A model generated the notes under the pieces. It did no database searches and was not told the DNA's origin. It saw only the letters and a program-made list of their open reading frames with translations. From NCBI GenBank assembly GCA_951406725.2, contig OX597820.1, positions 18,600,001 to 18,664,000 on the forward strand: a stretch of DNA of 64,000 bases. The letters are read 5' to 3'. This DNA comes from Octopus vulgaris (lineage: Eukaryota). A program made the position numbers and the translations under genes. Of this stretch, positions 12,582-24,260 are shown piece after piece (position 1 is the first letter of the stretch; the number at the start of each line of letters is the position of its first letter).

Positions 12582-13064
12582 CGTCATTGTTGTTAATGAT
12601 GTAGGTCACCCGAGCCACAGTGTTCAATATTTTAGATGTTGTCTAAACCTTATTTCACATTTGGAAACACTGAGGCAATACCTGCTTAAGCAAACAAGCA
12701 TTTGATAATAAAATTACAATAAAAATAACAATAACAACAAGAACAACAACAACAACAACAACAACAGCAGTAACAATGATAAATGTATGTTTAAAATTTG
12801 CTTACAAGTTCTGCATACAAACATGAAATAAAGTGTCAGTTTTATCAGGCGACAATATTTGCAAAGTCATAAAATATACAATCCACAAGTTGGTAAAACA
12901 TGAGATAGGAATTATTAAAATTCCAAAGTAATCATGTTTTTAGTAACATCAATACACAGGAGAAGCATGCAAGCATTGTGTGGAAATATATAGACATAGG
13001 CAAGGGAGAGGGAGCACCAGTGGGATCACATGGTGTGTCAGAAGTAGTAGTAAAAAAAAAATTG

Positions 13065-14402
13065 AAGGAAGCGAGCTGGCAGAAGCGTTAGCATGTCGGG
13101 CGAAATGCTTAGCGGTATTTCGTCTGCCGTTATGTTCTGAGTTCAAATTCTGCCAAGGTCGACTTTGCCTTTCATCCTTTCGGGGTTGATAAATTAAGTA
13201 CCAGTTACGCACTGGGGTCGATGTAATCGACTTAATCCCTTTGTCTGTCCTTGTTTGTCCTCTCTATGTTTAGCCCCTTGTGGGCAGTAAAGAAATAGGT
13301 ATTTCGTCTGCTGTTATGTTCTGAGTTCAAATTCTGCCGAGGTCGACTTTGCCTTTCATCCTTTCGGGGTCGATAAATTAAGTACCAGTTACGCACTGGG
13401 GTCGATGTAATCGACTTAATCCCTTTGTCTGTCCTTGTTTGTCCTCTCTATGTTTAGCCCCTTGTGGGCAGTAAAGAAATAGGTATTTCGTCTGCTGTTA
13501 CGTTCTGAGTTCAAATTCTGCCGAGGTCGACTTTGCCTTTCATCCTTTCGGGGTTGATAAATTAAGTACCAGTTACGCACTGGGGTCGATGTAATCGACT
13601 TAATCCCTTTGTCTGTCCTTGTTTGTCCTCTCTATGTTTAGCCCCTTGTGGGCAGTAAAGAAATAGGTATTTCGTCTGCTGTTATGTTCTGAGTTCAAAT
13701 TCTGCCGAGGTCGACTTTGCCTTTCATCCTTTCGGGGTCGATAAATTAAGTACCAGTTACGCACTGGGGTCGATGTAATCGACTTAATCCCTTTGTCTGT
13801 CCTTGTTTGTCCTCTCTATGTTTAGCCCCTTGTGGGCAGTAAAGAAATAGGTATTTCGTCTGCTGTTATGTTCTGAGTTCAAATTCTGCCGAGGTCGACT
13901 TTGCCTTTCATCCTTTCGGGGTCGATAAATTAAGTACCAGTTACGCACTGGGGTCGATGTAATCGACTTAATCCCTTTGTCTGTCCTTGTTTGTCCTCTC
14001 TATGTTTAGCCCCTTGTGGGCAGTAAAGAAATAGGTATTTTGTCTGCTGTTACGTTCTGAGTTCAAATTCTGCCGAGGTCGACTTTGCCTTTCATCCTTT
14101 CGGGGTTGATAAATTAAGTACCAGTTACGCACTGGGGTCGATGTAATCGACTTAATCCCTTTGTCTGTCCTTGTTTGTCCTCTCTATGTTTAGCCCCTTG
14201 TGGGCAGTAAAGAAATAGGTATTTCGTCTGCCGTTATGTTCTGAGTTCAAATTCTGCCGAGGTCGACTTTGCCTTTCATCCTTTCGGGGTCGATAAAATA
14301 AGTACCAGTTATGCACTGGGGTTGATGTAATCGACTTAATCGCTTTGTCTGGTCCTTGTTTGTCCCCTTTATATTTAGCACCTCGTAGGCAATAAAGAAA
14401 TA
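13065..14402 (+). repeat. SINE family B with its body amplified as 7 x 184-bp tandem units
   Basis: GGTATTT(C/T)GTCTG recurs at 13114, 13298, 13482, 13666, 13850, 14034, 14218; only the first unit has the A-box head GAGCTGGCAGAAGCG. Confidence 0.95.
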
Positions 14403-15244
14403 AGAAGTAGTAATCAGGTGATGTTCAGATTGTACTTTATTGTCTAAGAAAAAGAAGTACTCTTTAGTTAATTTAATCCAAGGTGTGCTTGGACTGTGGC
14501 TGGAATGCCTGGTCTGTATAAGTACCATTAGAGCGTGGTCGATGCCAGTGCCACCTGACTGGCTCCTATGCTGGTGGCACGTAAAAAGCACCCACTATAC
14601 TCTCTTGGAGTGGTTGGCGTTAGAAAGGGCGTCCAATTGTAGAAACCTCACCAAATCGGATTGGAGCCTGGAGCAACCTCCTGGCTTGCCAGTTCTCAGT
14701 CGAACCGTCCAACCCATGCCAGCATGGAAAGCAGACGTTAAAGGATGATGACGATCACGATATGTGTGTGTGTGTGTGTATGGGGAAGAAGTAAGGTGTT
14801 ATATTTCTAACAGCTGTTTCTGGGGGCTTGGAGATCAATCATAATGTAGATGTAGATCACCAAAACCAGTATGCTTTTATTCTTTTACCTGTTTCAGTCA
14901 TTTGACTGCGGCCATGCTGGAGCACCACCTTTAGTCAAACAAATCGACCCCAGGACTTATTCTTTGTCAGCCTAGTACTTATTCTATCAAACTCTTTTGC
15001 TGAACCGCTAAATTATTAGAAAGTAAACATTTTTAATTTGCCAGTTGGTTAACCATTTAGTCCAACACTTATCCAATTCTCTCAATCTAATACTGTTATA
15101 ATTACATCAGTAATGACCACAAATGGAAAGAACTGGAAGGAAAATGATGCATTTGTGGAAAATAAAGAGAAACATCAGCATAGAGCGTAAGAAAGGTTAA
15201 TCATTTTGTTAAGTTACTTTGCAATGCTGAAGCTTGCCTTAGAT

Positions 15245-15531
15245 CAAAGCTCCGCAACCTTTTTCCACTTGCGGTACACTTATGTTCTTTTCAAAATTTG
15301 GCGGCACTCGTTCGGTCTTTTACTCTTTTATTTGTTTCAGTCATTTGACTGTGGCCATGCTGGAGCACCACCTTTAAGTCAAACAAATCGACTCCGGGAC
15401 TTATTCTTTGTAAGTCTAGTACTTATCCTAATGGTCCCTTTTGCTGAGCTGCTAAGTTGCAGGGACATAAACACACCAACATTGGTTGTCAAGCGATGGT
15501 GGGTGGACAAACACAGACACACAAATACATT

Positions 15532-15564
<33 letters not shown>

Positions 15565-16513
15565 AATTGACAGGCTTCTTTCAGTTTCTGTCTACAAAAT
15601 CCACTCACAAGGCTTTGGTCAGCCTGAGGCTATAATGGAAGACACTTGGGATCTTTTCCTTTTGAACGGCAGATGTCAACACAATTTCTAGTTAACTAAA
15701 CACTTTTAAACTTCGTATACTGGTAGAATGTGTTTATAAAACATCATTTTCTCTTGGTTTTATTGAGAAAATTCTATAGTTTGTAAGATATTTCGTCTGA
15801 AAATCTGAGCATTTTGGCAATTTTAGCCAATAGATTACCTCCATTCAACTAAAACCATTTGTTGCATCTAAAACTGAGACAGCATCCTGTAACTAACCCC
15901 TCCCTAACATCCTCCCCCCTAACCCTAACCCTAACCCTAATTATTTTTTCTTAATTGTTAAATTAATTTAATTCCGTTACTTTAGTTTTTTTTACAGGCG
16001 TAACAATTAAATTAATTTAACAATTAAGAAAAAAAAATTTAGGGTTAGGGTTAGGGTTAGGGGGGAGGTTTAGGGTTAGTTACAGGATGTTGTCTCAGTT
16101 TTAGATGCAGCAAATGATTTTAGCTCAAAAAAGAGCATAGGATTGGTTAAAATTCGAAAAATTAAGCTACGTTAAACAAACAAATTACAATTTTCTCAAG
16201 AAAGCCAAGAAAAAAAAATGTTTTATTTTGACACATTCTACCAGTATACGAAGTTTTAAAGTATTTAGTTAACTAGAAATTGTCTGCCATTCAAAAGGAA
16301 AAGATCCGAAACTTGTCCAAGGTACCACGCAGTGGAACTGAACGCAGAACCATGTGGTTAGGAAGCAAGCTTCTTACCACACATCCATGCCTGAACTAAC
16401 AATACAACTAAAAGTATAGGGAAAAAAATTATACTCAGGTTGCAATGCAGCACACTTAGCATCGTCTCACAGCACACCAGTGTGCCCACGGCATGCCGGG
16501 TTGCAGAGGGCTG
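15245..16513. mobile_element. hAT (Charlie-like) MITE carrying a nested SINE and a nested MITE
   Basis: Imperfect 15-bp TIRs CAAAGCTCCGCAACC / GGTTGCAGAGGGCTG; flanks CCTTAGAT and CCTTTAGAT approximate an 8-bp TSD; the host sequence resumes as in the paralogous segment near 16795. Confidence 0.55.
15649..16307. mobile_element. Fold-back MITE (659 bp) with 8-bp TSD and internal telomeric repeats; Merlin-like by GG termini and TSD length
   Basis: TIR GGATCTTTTCCTTTTGAA / TTCAAAAGGAAAAGATCC; TSD GACACTTG (15641-15648) / GAAACTTG (16308-16315); (CCCTAA)4 at 15917-15940 and (TTAGGG)4 at 16039-16062; splits a family A SINE. Confidence 0.9.
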
Positions 16514-16609
16514 CCTTTAGATGGATCCTAAGAAACTTTGCATGCCAATAATAAATACACACACACACACACACACTGGTTTTATTTCACTTCCTTATTT
16601 TTTGTTTGT

Positions 16610-18758
16610 CAATTGGTCAACCATTTAGTCCAACACTTTACCAATTCTGTCAATCTAATATCGTTATAATTACATCAGTAATTACTATAAATGAAAGGAA
16701 CTGGAATGCAAATAAAGTTTTTATTGAAAGAAGCAGAAATATTGGCATAGATCTTTAGAAAGATTAATCAAGTTTCTTTGCAGTGCAGAAGCTTGCCGTA
16801 GATGGATGCAAGGACATTTTGCATGCTCAACAAAATGGGAATTTCGTTAGATTCATTGAATTATTATCCCTATTTGATTCTGTGATGGAGGACATGAAGG
16901 CAGAACAAAAGACAATGAGGTGAAACTGCATTATCGTGACAGAACCATGCAGAATGAATTCGCTTGGATATTAGCAAATACTAGCAAAGCTAAGATATTA
17001 GCAAATGCAATCGAAGCTAAGATTGTACAGTCTGTAAAATAAACACCAAATACTTACTTTAACCATTGTCTGCGTTTCTTGTTTAAGCTACACTGAGCAG
17101 ATGGCAGTTATTATATGTTTTGCAGACATCAAGACTTCAATGGCTCAGTCCATGACTCTGAACATATGAGAATATTTTCTAAGGTCTGTTGCTGCAAAAG
17201 AATCAATAGGTGCTTGTTTGATATAGAACTCTACAGCTTGAGGGCTTGTCCTTAAGTTTACCTAACCTGTAAAGGTAAAGCTAGAATAATGTAAGACAAA
17301 CAACGAAGGCAAACATAAAGACATTTAGAAACAAATGATACAAGATGAGCCCAGAATTTTTTTTTTTTATTCTCTTCACTGCTTGTTCATTAAACCTGGT
17401 TGTCAATGGCAACAGTATACTGTTGAACGGAGGCAGCAGTGCATCTTCTGATCTCTTGCAAAAGCTGGGTTTCTCTTTCTAAGTTTGATGCACCATCAGA
17501 GTGTATTCGTAAAACATTGATTCTACTACACTATATGACACAAGATGGGGAAGCTGAGAGGAAGCATTGCGACTCCTGCTATGTTGACGAAGACAGGCAT
17601 CGATGCATGAATTGAAATTCTTTTATTCTTTTACTCTTTTACTTGTTTGAGTCATTTGACTGCGGCTATGCTGGAGCACCACCTTTAGTCGAGCAAATCG
17701 AACCCAGGACTTATTCTTTTGTAAGTCTAGTACTTATTCTATCAGTCTGCTTTGCCGAACTGCTAAGTTACAGGGACATAAACACACCAGCATTGGTTGT
17801 CAAGTGATGTTGGCAGGGGCAAACACAAACATACAAACATATACACAGACACATATATACATATATACAACAGGATTCTTTCAGTTTCCGTCTACCAAAT
17901 CCACTCACAAGGCTTTGGTCGGCCCAAGGCTATAGTAGAAAACACTTGCCCAAGGTGCCACGCAGTGGGACTGAACCCGTAACCATGTGGTTGGTAAGCA
18001 AGCTACTTACCACACAGCCACTCCTGCATGTTTCTGTCATTAGATCTTTAGGAACCACTACATGATTTTAGACATTAAGCCTTGCCCAGTTACATGTCAA
18101 TGGCTAAGGCTGCAGATGAGGGCTCAAGTGAAATTTAAACTTGAATTTCGTTTTGTGATTTTTGATACCATTCGTAAATCAGCCAAAGTAATATATGTAA
18201 CATCTTGAGCAAGTATATTTTGCTATAACATCAGGCTGACCAATGCCTTGTTAGTGAATTTAGTACATGGAAACTGTGTGGAAGCCCATCACCAACCAGT
18301 GGTTGTCACATGTTGATGACAGGACAATACTCAGAAACGCAGGTCCATGTGTATTACATCAGGCTGGAATTGGGAACGCTGACTTCCCTTAAACACATGT
18401 GTATATATATATATATATATCATGATCATCATGATCATCATTTAACGTCTCTCTTCCATGCTGGCATGGCTTGGATGGTTTGATTGCAGTGGCCGTCCCA
18501 GGCTGCAATATGATCTGGCAATATTTCATGCCCTTCCTAATGCCAACCACTCCGAGGGTATAGTGGGTGCTTTTTATGTGCCACCAGCACAGAAGCCAGT
18601 CAAGTGGGCCTAGCATCAATCACGTTCAGATAGTGCTTCTTATGTGCTACGGGCACAGGAGCCAGTCCGAGGGCACTGGCATTGGCCACATTCGGATGGT
18701 GCTTTTTATGTGCCACTGGCAGGGGAACAAGTCAGGCAGTCCTCTGTGTGTGTGTATG

Positions 18759-18790
<32 letters not shown>

Positions 18791-18828
18791 TATATCTATA
18801 TGTGTATATGTGTGTGTGTGTGTGCGTG

Positions 18829-18865
<37 letters not shown>

Positions 18866-19550
18866 AGATAGATAGAAATAGATAGATTCAGACAGGGAAA
18901 CAGACAGACAGATAGATGTGTATGTCCTTACGTGTGTGTTTGTCCCACACCCACTTCTTGACAACAAGCATTGGTTTGTTTATGTCCCTCATGACTTAGA
19001 GATCTGCAAAAAGTTACTTAAAAAAGCAACAGCCTGGAGTCGATTATTTTGACAAAAAAAAATTTAAGATGATGCCCCAGGATGGCCACAGTCCAATGAC
19101 AAATAAAGATAAATAAGTCACATCTTTGACTTCTTGTATGATGCTGCTAAATTGGTCATAGAATGGTCATAGAATCAAACACGGAGATGTTTCAACATTG
19201 CCAAGAATTGTCTTTGATTCTAATACAATGGACATTCTGATATTTATACTTTAGGATGGAGAGACATGAACTGAAAAACAGAGTGAGCGAAATTACGGTA
19301 CAGAATTCTTCAAAGGATGATACTGAATGCATTTGTTCCAGTAAATTAGAAGATTCTTGTAAATCTGCCAGATTTTTCTAAATTTGAACACATCAAACTC
19401 TATGGACATTTGACAATCTGTGCCAACAAGTTCTATGGATTGGTCACAATTTCTATTAAGGAACAATAGAAGGCACATGACAGGATTGCAAAAGAACTTG
19501 TGAATGTGTTTGCAAAGTCAAAGGCAAGAGAAATAAAGGTTTGTAAGAAA
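16610..19550 (+). pseudogene. Highly degenerate hAT transposase (ZMYM1-like/Tip100 type), interrupted by SINEs
   Basis: Broken translations NGNFVRFIELLSLFDSVM, HYRDRTMQNEF, EQMAVIICFAD, SLNLVVN, DTRWGS, and hATC-like end AKELVNVFAKSKAREIKV; many stops and frameshifts. Confidence 0.65.
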
Positions 19551-20921
19551 GAAATAGAATAAGTCAAAGTCACCAATTGTCTTATTAAATTTCTTTTAAA
19601 ATTCTTAAGTCTTTTGTGTTGCAGTAATCATTGTTAACTATTTCTTTTAGTATAAATTGCTGTACATGGAATGGTGTAACTCATTTAGTAGCAATGAATT
19701 TAATAACTGGGTCGAAATTGGCCAGAAGAGGAATAACAGAGAATGAGAAAAAGCTTGTCGTGTTCATTACCAGTGTCGCTTTACTGGCACTTGTGCCGGT
19801 GGCACGTAAAAAAACATTCGAGTGAGGTCGTTGCCAGTGCCGCTGGACTGGCTCCTGTGCAGGTGGCACATAAAAAACACCATTTGAGCATGGCCATTGC
19901 CAGTACCACCTGAGTGGGCCTTGTGCTGGTGGCACGTAAAAGCACCTACTACACTCTTGGAGTGGTTGGCGTTAGGAAGGGCATCCAGCTGTAGAAACTC
20001 TGCCAGATCAAGATTGGAGCCTGGTGCAGCCATCTATTTTGCCAGTTCTCAGTCAAATCGTCCGTTTGTCTGTTCTTGTTTATCCCCTCTGCATGTAGCC
20101 CTTTGTGGGCAATAAAGAAATAAGAAAAGTTAGCACACCAGGTAAAATGCTCAGTGTATTTCCTCTGCTGCAACGTTCTGAGTTCAAATTCTGCCGAGGT
20201 CAACTTTGCCTTTCATCCTTTCAGAGTCGATAAATTAAGTTAAATTAAGTACCAGTTGAGTACTGGGGTCGATGTAATTGATTGTCCCCCTCTCCCCAAT
20301 TTCAGACCTTGTGCTTATAGTAGAAAGGTTTAAGGTATTTAGCAAACAAAAACTCGTCAACAATGCACTTTAGGCTCGGACTATAATTCCTCACACAGGC
20401 CATGAGAATATTTGAACTGCCAAAAGTTGATTCCTCAAGCTGAATAAAATGTTTGCAATGTTGAAGCTCAGATTCCAAGATTCTCTCCACATCATCGGCC
20501 ACCTCATCAATGTGTATTTGCACTTAATGGCATGTGTTTTAGAACAGGTTGAGAGTCTTTCTTCATAACATTTTTCAATCACATCTTTAATTGATGGTAT
20601 CATGATCTCTTCACCAATGGTATATGATTTTCCCCTCTTTGCTATTTCAAGAGAGATACTGTATGATGTCTTCAGTCCAACTTCATTATCAGCACTGGCA
20701 AATGCTTTAAAAAAATTTCTTTAAATTTGGTTGATTTCTAAATTTTTATTTCAGCTTCTTCAAAAAAAAAATCAAGATTTTTGTTTTTCTTATCAGAAAT
20801 GAATCCTGTTATGGTGGTCTTTCATCTTTGCAGGCTTCATGGCATCATTATTGAAAGTCTCTCAACAGGCACGTAGGCATTGTTTCATTAGTAAATGAAT
20901 GTACAAATCAAAATTTCAAAT

Positions 20922-21206
20922 TTCGTTTTTGGATTTGGTTTGCAAGATTCTTTATATGAGTTCGTGTGTTGAAGCATATTCTGTTGTGTCTGGGGAGAGT
21001 CATTTTCTTTTTGCGCCCTATTATTTAACACACTCACCGGTATAATTTCCACTTATTTCTTATTTTTATTTTCAAAACTATTGAAAAGGCTGCAACATGC
21101 AACAAAAATTTTAGAAAATATAAATAAGAAATAAGTGGAAATTTTACCGGTGAGTGTGTTAAATAATAAGGCACAAAAAGAAAATGACTCTTCCCCAGAC
21201 GCAACA
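20922..21206. mobile_element. Internally inverted repeat insertion with ~11-bp TSD inside the Charlie ORF
   Basis: AAATTTCAAAT at about 20911-20921 and 21208-21218; inverted arms at about 20982-21080 and 21110-21206. Confidence 0.8.
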
Positions 21207-21486
21207 AAATTTCAAATATTCTTGTGAATACAGTCTGCACTTCTTGGCATTAGTGGTTGCCATTGAGCTTGCAAGAACTGGGCAATTTTAAACAGTAAAG
21301 GCACAGCTAACGGCTCGCTGGCCCCACTCTGATAGCTATGGGTGTTGAGTATACACGGGCTGTCTCTGGGCTAATTGATGCCAACAGCCATCTGATGGTG
21401 GCTCTGGCCTGCAAGCATGTGTTACGTGTCGGGCGCCGAGTTGATCTCTCTTGGCAACCAAGCCAAGAATTGTATGTGACTTATAT

Positions 21487-21891
21487 GTCTCTCTATCCCA
21501 CTCTCTCTCACTTTCTTTCCCTCACTCTCTCTCACTCTCTCACTCTCTCTCACTCTCTCACTCTCTCTCACTCTCTCTCCCACTCTCCCTTGCTCTCTCT
21601 CACTCTCTCCCCCACTTTCTCTCTCTCACCCTCCCTCTCCTCTCTCTCATTCTCTCTCACTCTCTTTCTTAGTCTCTCCTTCTCCCTCCCTTCCCTCTCT
21701 CTCACTCTCTCACTCACTCTCTCTCTCTCATTCATTCTCTCCCTGTCTCTCACACTCTCTCTCTTACTCTCCTTCTTTCTCCTATCTCCCTCTCCTCTCT
21801 CTAACTCTCTCACTCATTCTCTCTCTCTCATTCTCTCTAACTCTCTCTTTCACTCTCTCTCACTCTCACTCCCTCCCCTCCCCCCTCTCTC
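21487..21891. repeat. Degenerate (CT)n/(CTCA)n polypyrimidine tract
   Basis: Direct reading. Confidence 0.9.
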
Positions 21892-22368
21892 TGTAGTGGT
21901 TGGAATGTTTGCTTGTGTCTGTACATTTACACTCCACCATTCTTCACTCCCTCGGGTTCTCCCTCTGCAGTGTTTGATGCTGCCATAAGTGGAAGGATTA
22001 CCACTGCTGCTTCTGTGTGGCTGTAGGTTCATTCGTATGTACCCTCACTACGTTGGATGGTCAGCAATATCTGTATCAGAAAGTTACATTTTATGTATTC
22101 TTAATTTTTATATGAATGTCAGCTTTCAACACCAAAAGTTCAATTGACCCCTACCCCGATCCCATTCCCCCACCTGGTATTTATTGATCCCACTTCTGAC
22201 TCCCAGGCATTTATCGAGCCCCTTGAATAGTCCCATGTCAACCACTTTGGAGACCCCTGCACTAGAGAATGAAAAAAGTCCAAACACGATATATGTAGAT
22301 CAACTCACCAGAGACACCAGAAGCCTCCCCAAAGATCTCCCTCATCTAATGTGGGACTGAGATGGATG

Positions 22369-22666
22369 TTCCTTCTAGAGCCACGCCTGGCTCATTAGGG
22401 CTGGTTTTCCGGTTTCCTTGACATATAGGTTCACCACCTGGACGGGACGCCGGTCCGTCGCAGGTGAGCTGCAAGATGCAGGAGGAAAGAGTGAGAGAAA
22501 ATTGTGACGAAAGAGTCAGCAGAAGTTTGCCATTACCTTCTGCAGGAGACACGTGGAGCTTAGGTGTTTCGCTTATAAAATTACACATCGCCCAGTCTGA
22601 GATTCGATCTCGTGATCCCCCGACCGCGAGTCCGCTGCTCTAACAACTAGGCCATGTGCCTCCACA
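22369..22666 (-). mobile_element. tRNA-derived SINE (family C related) with 14-bp TSD
   Basis: Head GTGGAGGCACATGGCCTAGTTGTTAGAGCAGCGGACTCGCGGTCG; TSD GACTGAGATGGATG at 22355-22368 and 22667-22680. Confidence 0.9.
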
Positions 22667-23097
22667 GACTGAGATGGATGGCATGCATGGGTTAAAAACA
22701 TCCACGAAAATTCGAAGAGAAGATGAAGATGAGAGATTAAATAAAAGATATTTCATTGCACTTTATGTATAAAGTAAAAACATGTACTTAAAAAGCAATA
22801 TTAATATATTTTCGACTATAAACGAAGAATATAAACCACATAATATTGCTAAGTTCTTCTGTATTCAATAAATAATGTTTTGTTATAAAGATTTTAAGAT
22901 ATTTAGAATTATTTTAGTGTATATCTCCCATTTTTTTTTCACATATAATTTTATTAATTTTATTGTGCTTAGAAACGTCACTTTCAACATTTTCTCTTTG
23001 TATTTTCGAATGCTTTAATTCAGATATGAAGCCGCTTACATTTGCAGCTGGAAATGTCTTTCACTCCAATATTCTCTGTTTTAGCGGGGTTTCTTCT

Positions 23098-23660
23098 TTA
23101 ACCCTTTAGCATTCAGAATTAATCTGTCGAAATTAATGCTTATTTATTCGCATTGTTTTGACCTAATCGTGCATTAATCTCACAGCTGCAAGATTTCTAT
23201 GATGTGATTACTCTTTTTACTCTTTTACATGTTTCAGTCATTTGACTGCAGCCATGCTGGAGCACCGCCTTTAGTCGAGCAAATCGACCCCGGGACTTAT
23301 TCTTTTGTAAGCCCAGTACTTATTCTATCAGTCTCTTTTGCCGAACCGCTAAGTGATGGGGACGTAAACACACCAGCATCGGTTGTCAAGCAATGCTAGG
23401 GGGACAAACACAGACATACAAACACACACACACATATATACGACAGGCTTCTTTCAGTTTCCATCTACCAAATCCACTCACAAGGCATTGGTCGGCCCGG
23501 GGCTATAGCAGAAGACACTTGCCCAAGATGCCACGCAGTGGGACTGAACCCGGAACCATGTGGCTGGTTAGCAAGCAACTTACCACACAGCCACTATTTC
23601 TTAAAATGACATTGTAGGGAAGGTGTGAGAGGCTGGACCTCACCAGTTTAAACATTTGCC
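23098..23660 (+). mobile_element. piggyBac-like MITE left part, interrupted by a family A SINE
   Basis: TTAA^CCCTTTAGCATTCAGA start; a second partial start near 23659; right TIR not found. Confidence 0.45.
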
Positions 23661-23828
23661 TTTTAGCATTCAGAATTACTCTGCGAAATGTAATTCTTAT
23701 CTAGGAGCAGGAGTGGCTGTGTGGTAAGTAGCTTGCTTACCAACCACATGCCCAAGGTGCCATGCAGTGGGACTGAACGTGGAACCAAGTGGTTCGTAAG
23801 CAAGCTACTTGCCACACAGCCACTCCTA

Positions 23829-23860
<32 letters not shown>

Positions 23861-24012
23861 CACAAAGTATGGATGTTTAGTTTCCAGATGATCTAAGCGA
23901 TTAGGTACACTGGGTAAGTTTTGTAACAGATTACTAGGGCTCCAAAGGTATAGCCAAGATAGTAGTTATGGGGCCGTTGCAGATTTCCAATACAGCAGAT
24001 ATATAAATAGGA

Positions 24013-24260
24013 CAACAAATATTAAGGCAAGGCAAACATCTCAAGTTGTATACATTATTACTATTGGAAAAAATTCAAAGTCTTACAGCTGTTTCTGGGA
24101 AATCCCTGAGTATGGGATATTCTGTCTTCCCTTATTTGTCTCTGATGATGGAATATCTCATACTCGGGGATATCCCAGAGACAGCTGTAAGACTTTGAAT
24201 TTTTTCCAATTGTAATAATGTATATGACTTGAGATGCTTGCCTTGCCTTAATGTTTGTTG
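24013..24260. repeat. Long palindrome (two ~110-bp arms, 28-bp spacer); inverted Penelope-like terminal repeat
   Basis: 24013-24122 is the near-perfect reverse complement of 24151-24260. Confidence 0.92.
24138..24193 (+). ncRNA. Minimal type I hammerhead ribozyme of Penelope type (core GAAA mutated to GAGA in this arm)
   Basis: Stem I GTCT/AGAC; CTGATGA 24142-24148; stem II TGGAATATCTC/GGGATATCCCA; GAGA 24178-24181; palindromic CAGCTG; TA cleavage site 24188-24189. The inverted arm retains GAAA (TTTC 24092-24095). Confidence 0.8.

Larger units (their letters stand above)
20330..22259 (-). mobile_element. hAT-Charlie (SCAND3/ZBED8-like) transposon 5' part with pseudogenised transposase
   Basis: MATTNAKKCRLYSQEYLKF from 21263; after an insertion, NNDAMKPAKMKDH, ISLEIAKRGKSYTIGEEIMIP and HIDEVADDVE...IQLEESTFGSSNILMACVR...DEFLFAKYL; terminus CAGGGGTCTCCAA at 22259 next to CACTAGAG. 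Confidence 0.8.

Noticed and set aside
6317-14402. Regular arrays as CRISPR arrays or tRNA gene clusters
   Set aside because: There are no unique spacers and the context is eukaryotic; the units are whole or partial SINEs whose tRNA-like heads run into SINE bodies
15917-16062. Telomere fusion site
   Set aside because: Only four units per side, symmetrically placed within the TIR arms of a TSD-bounded MITE
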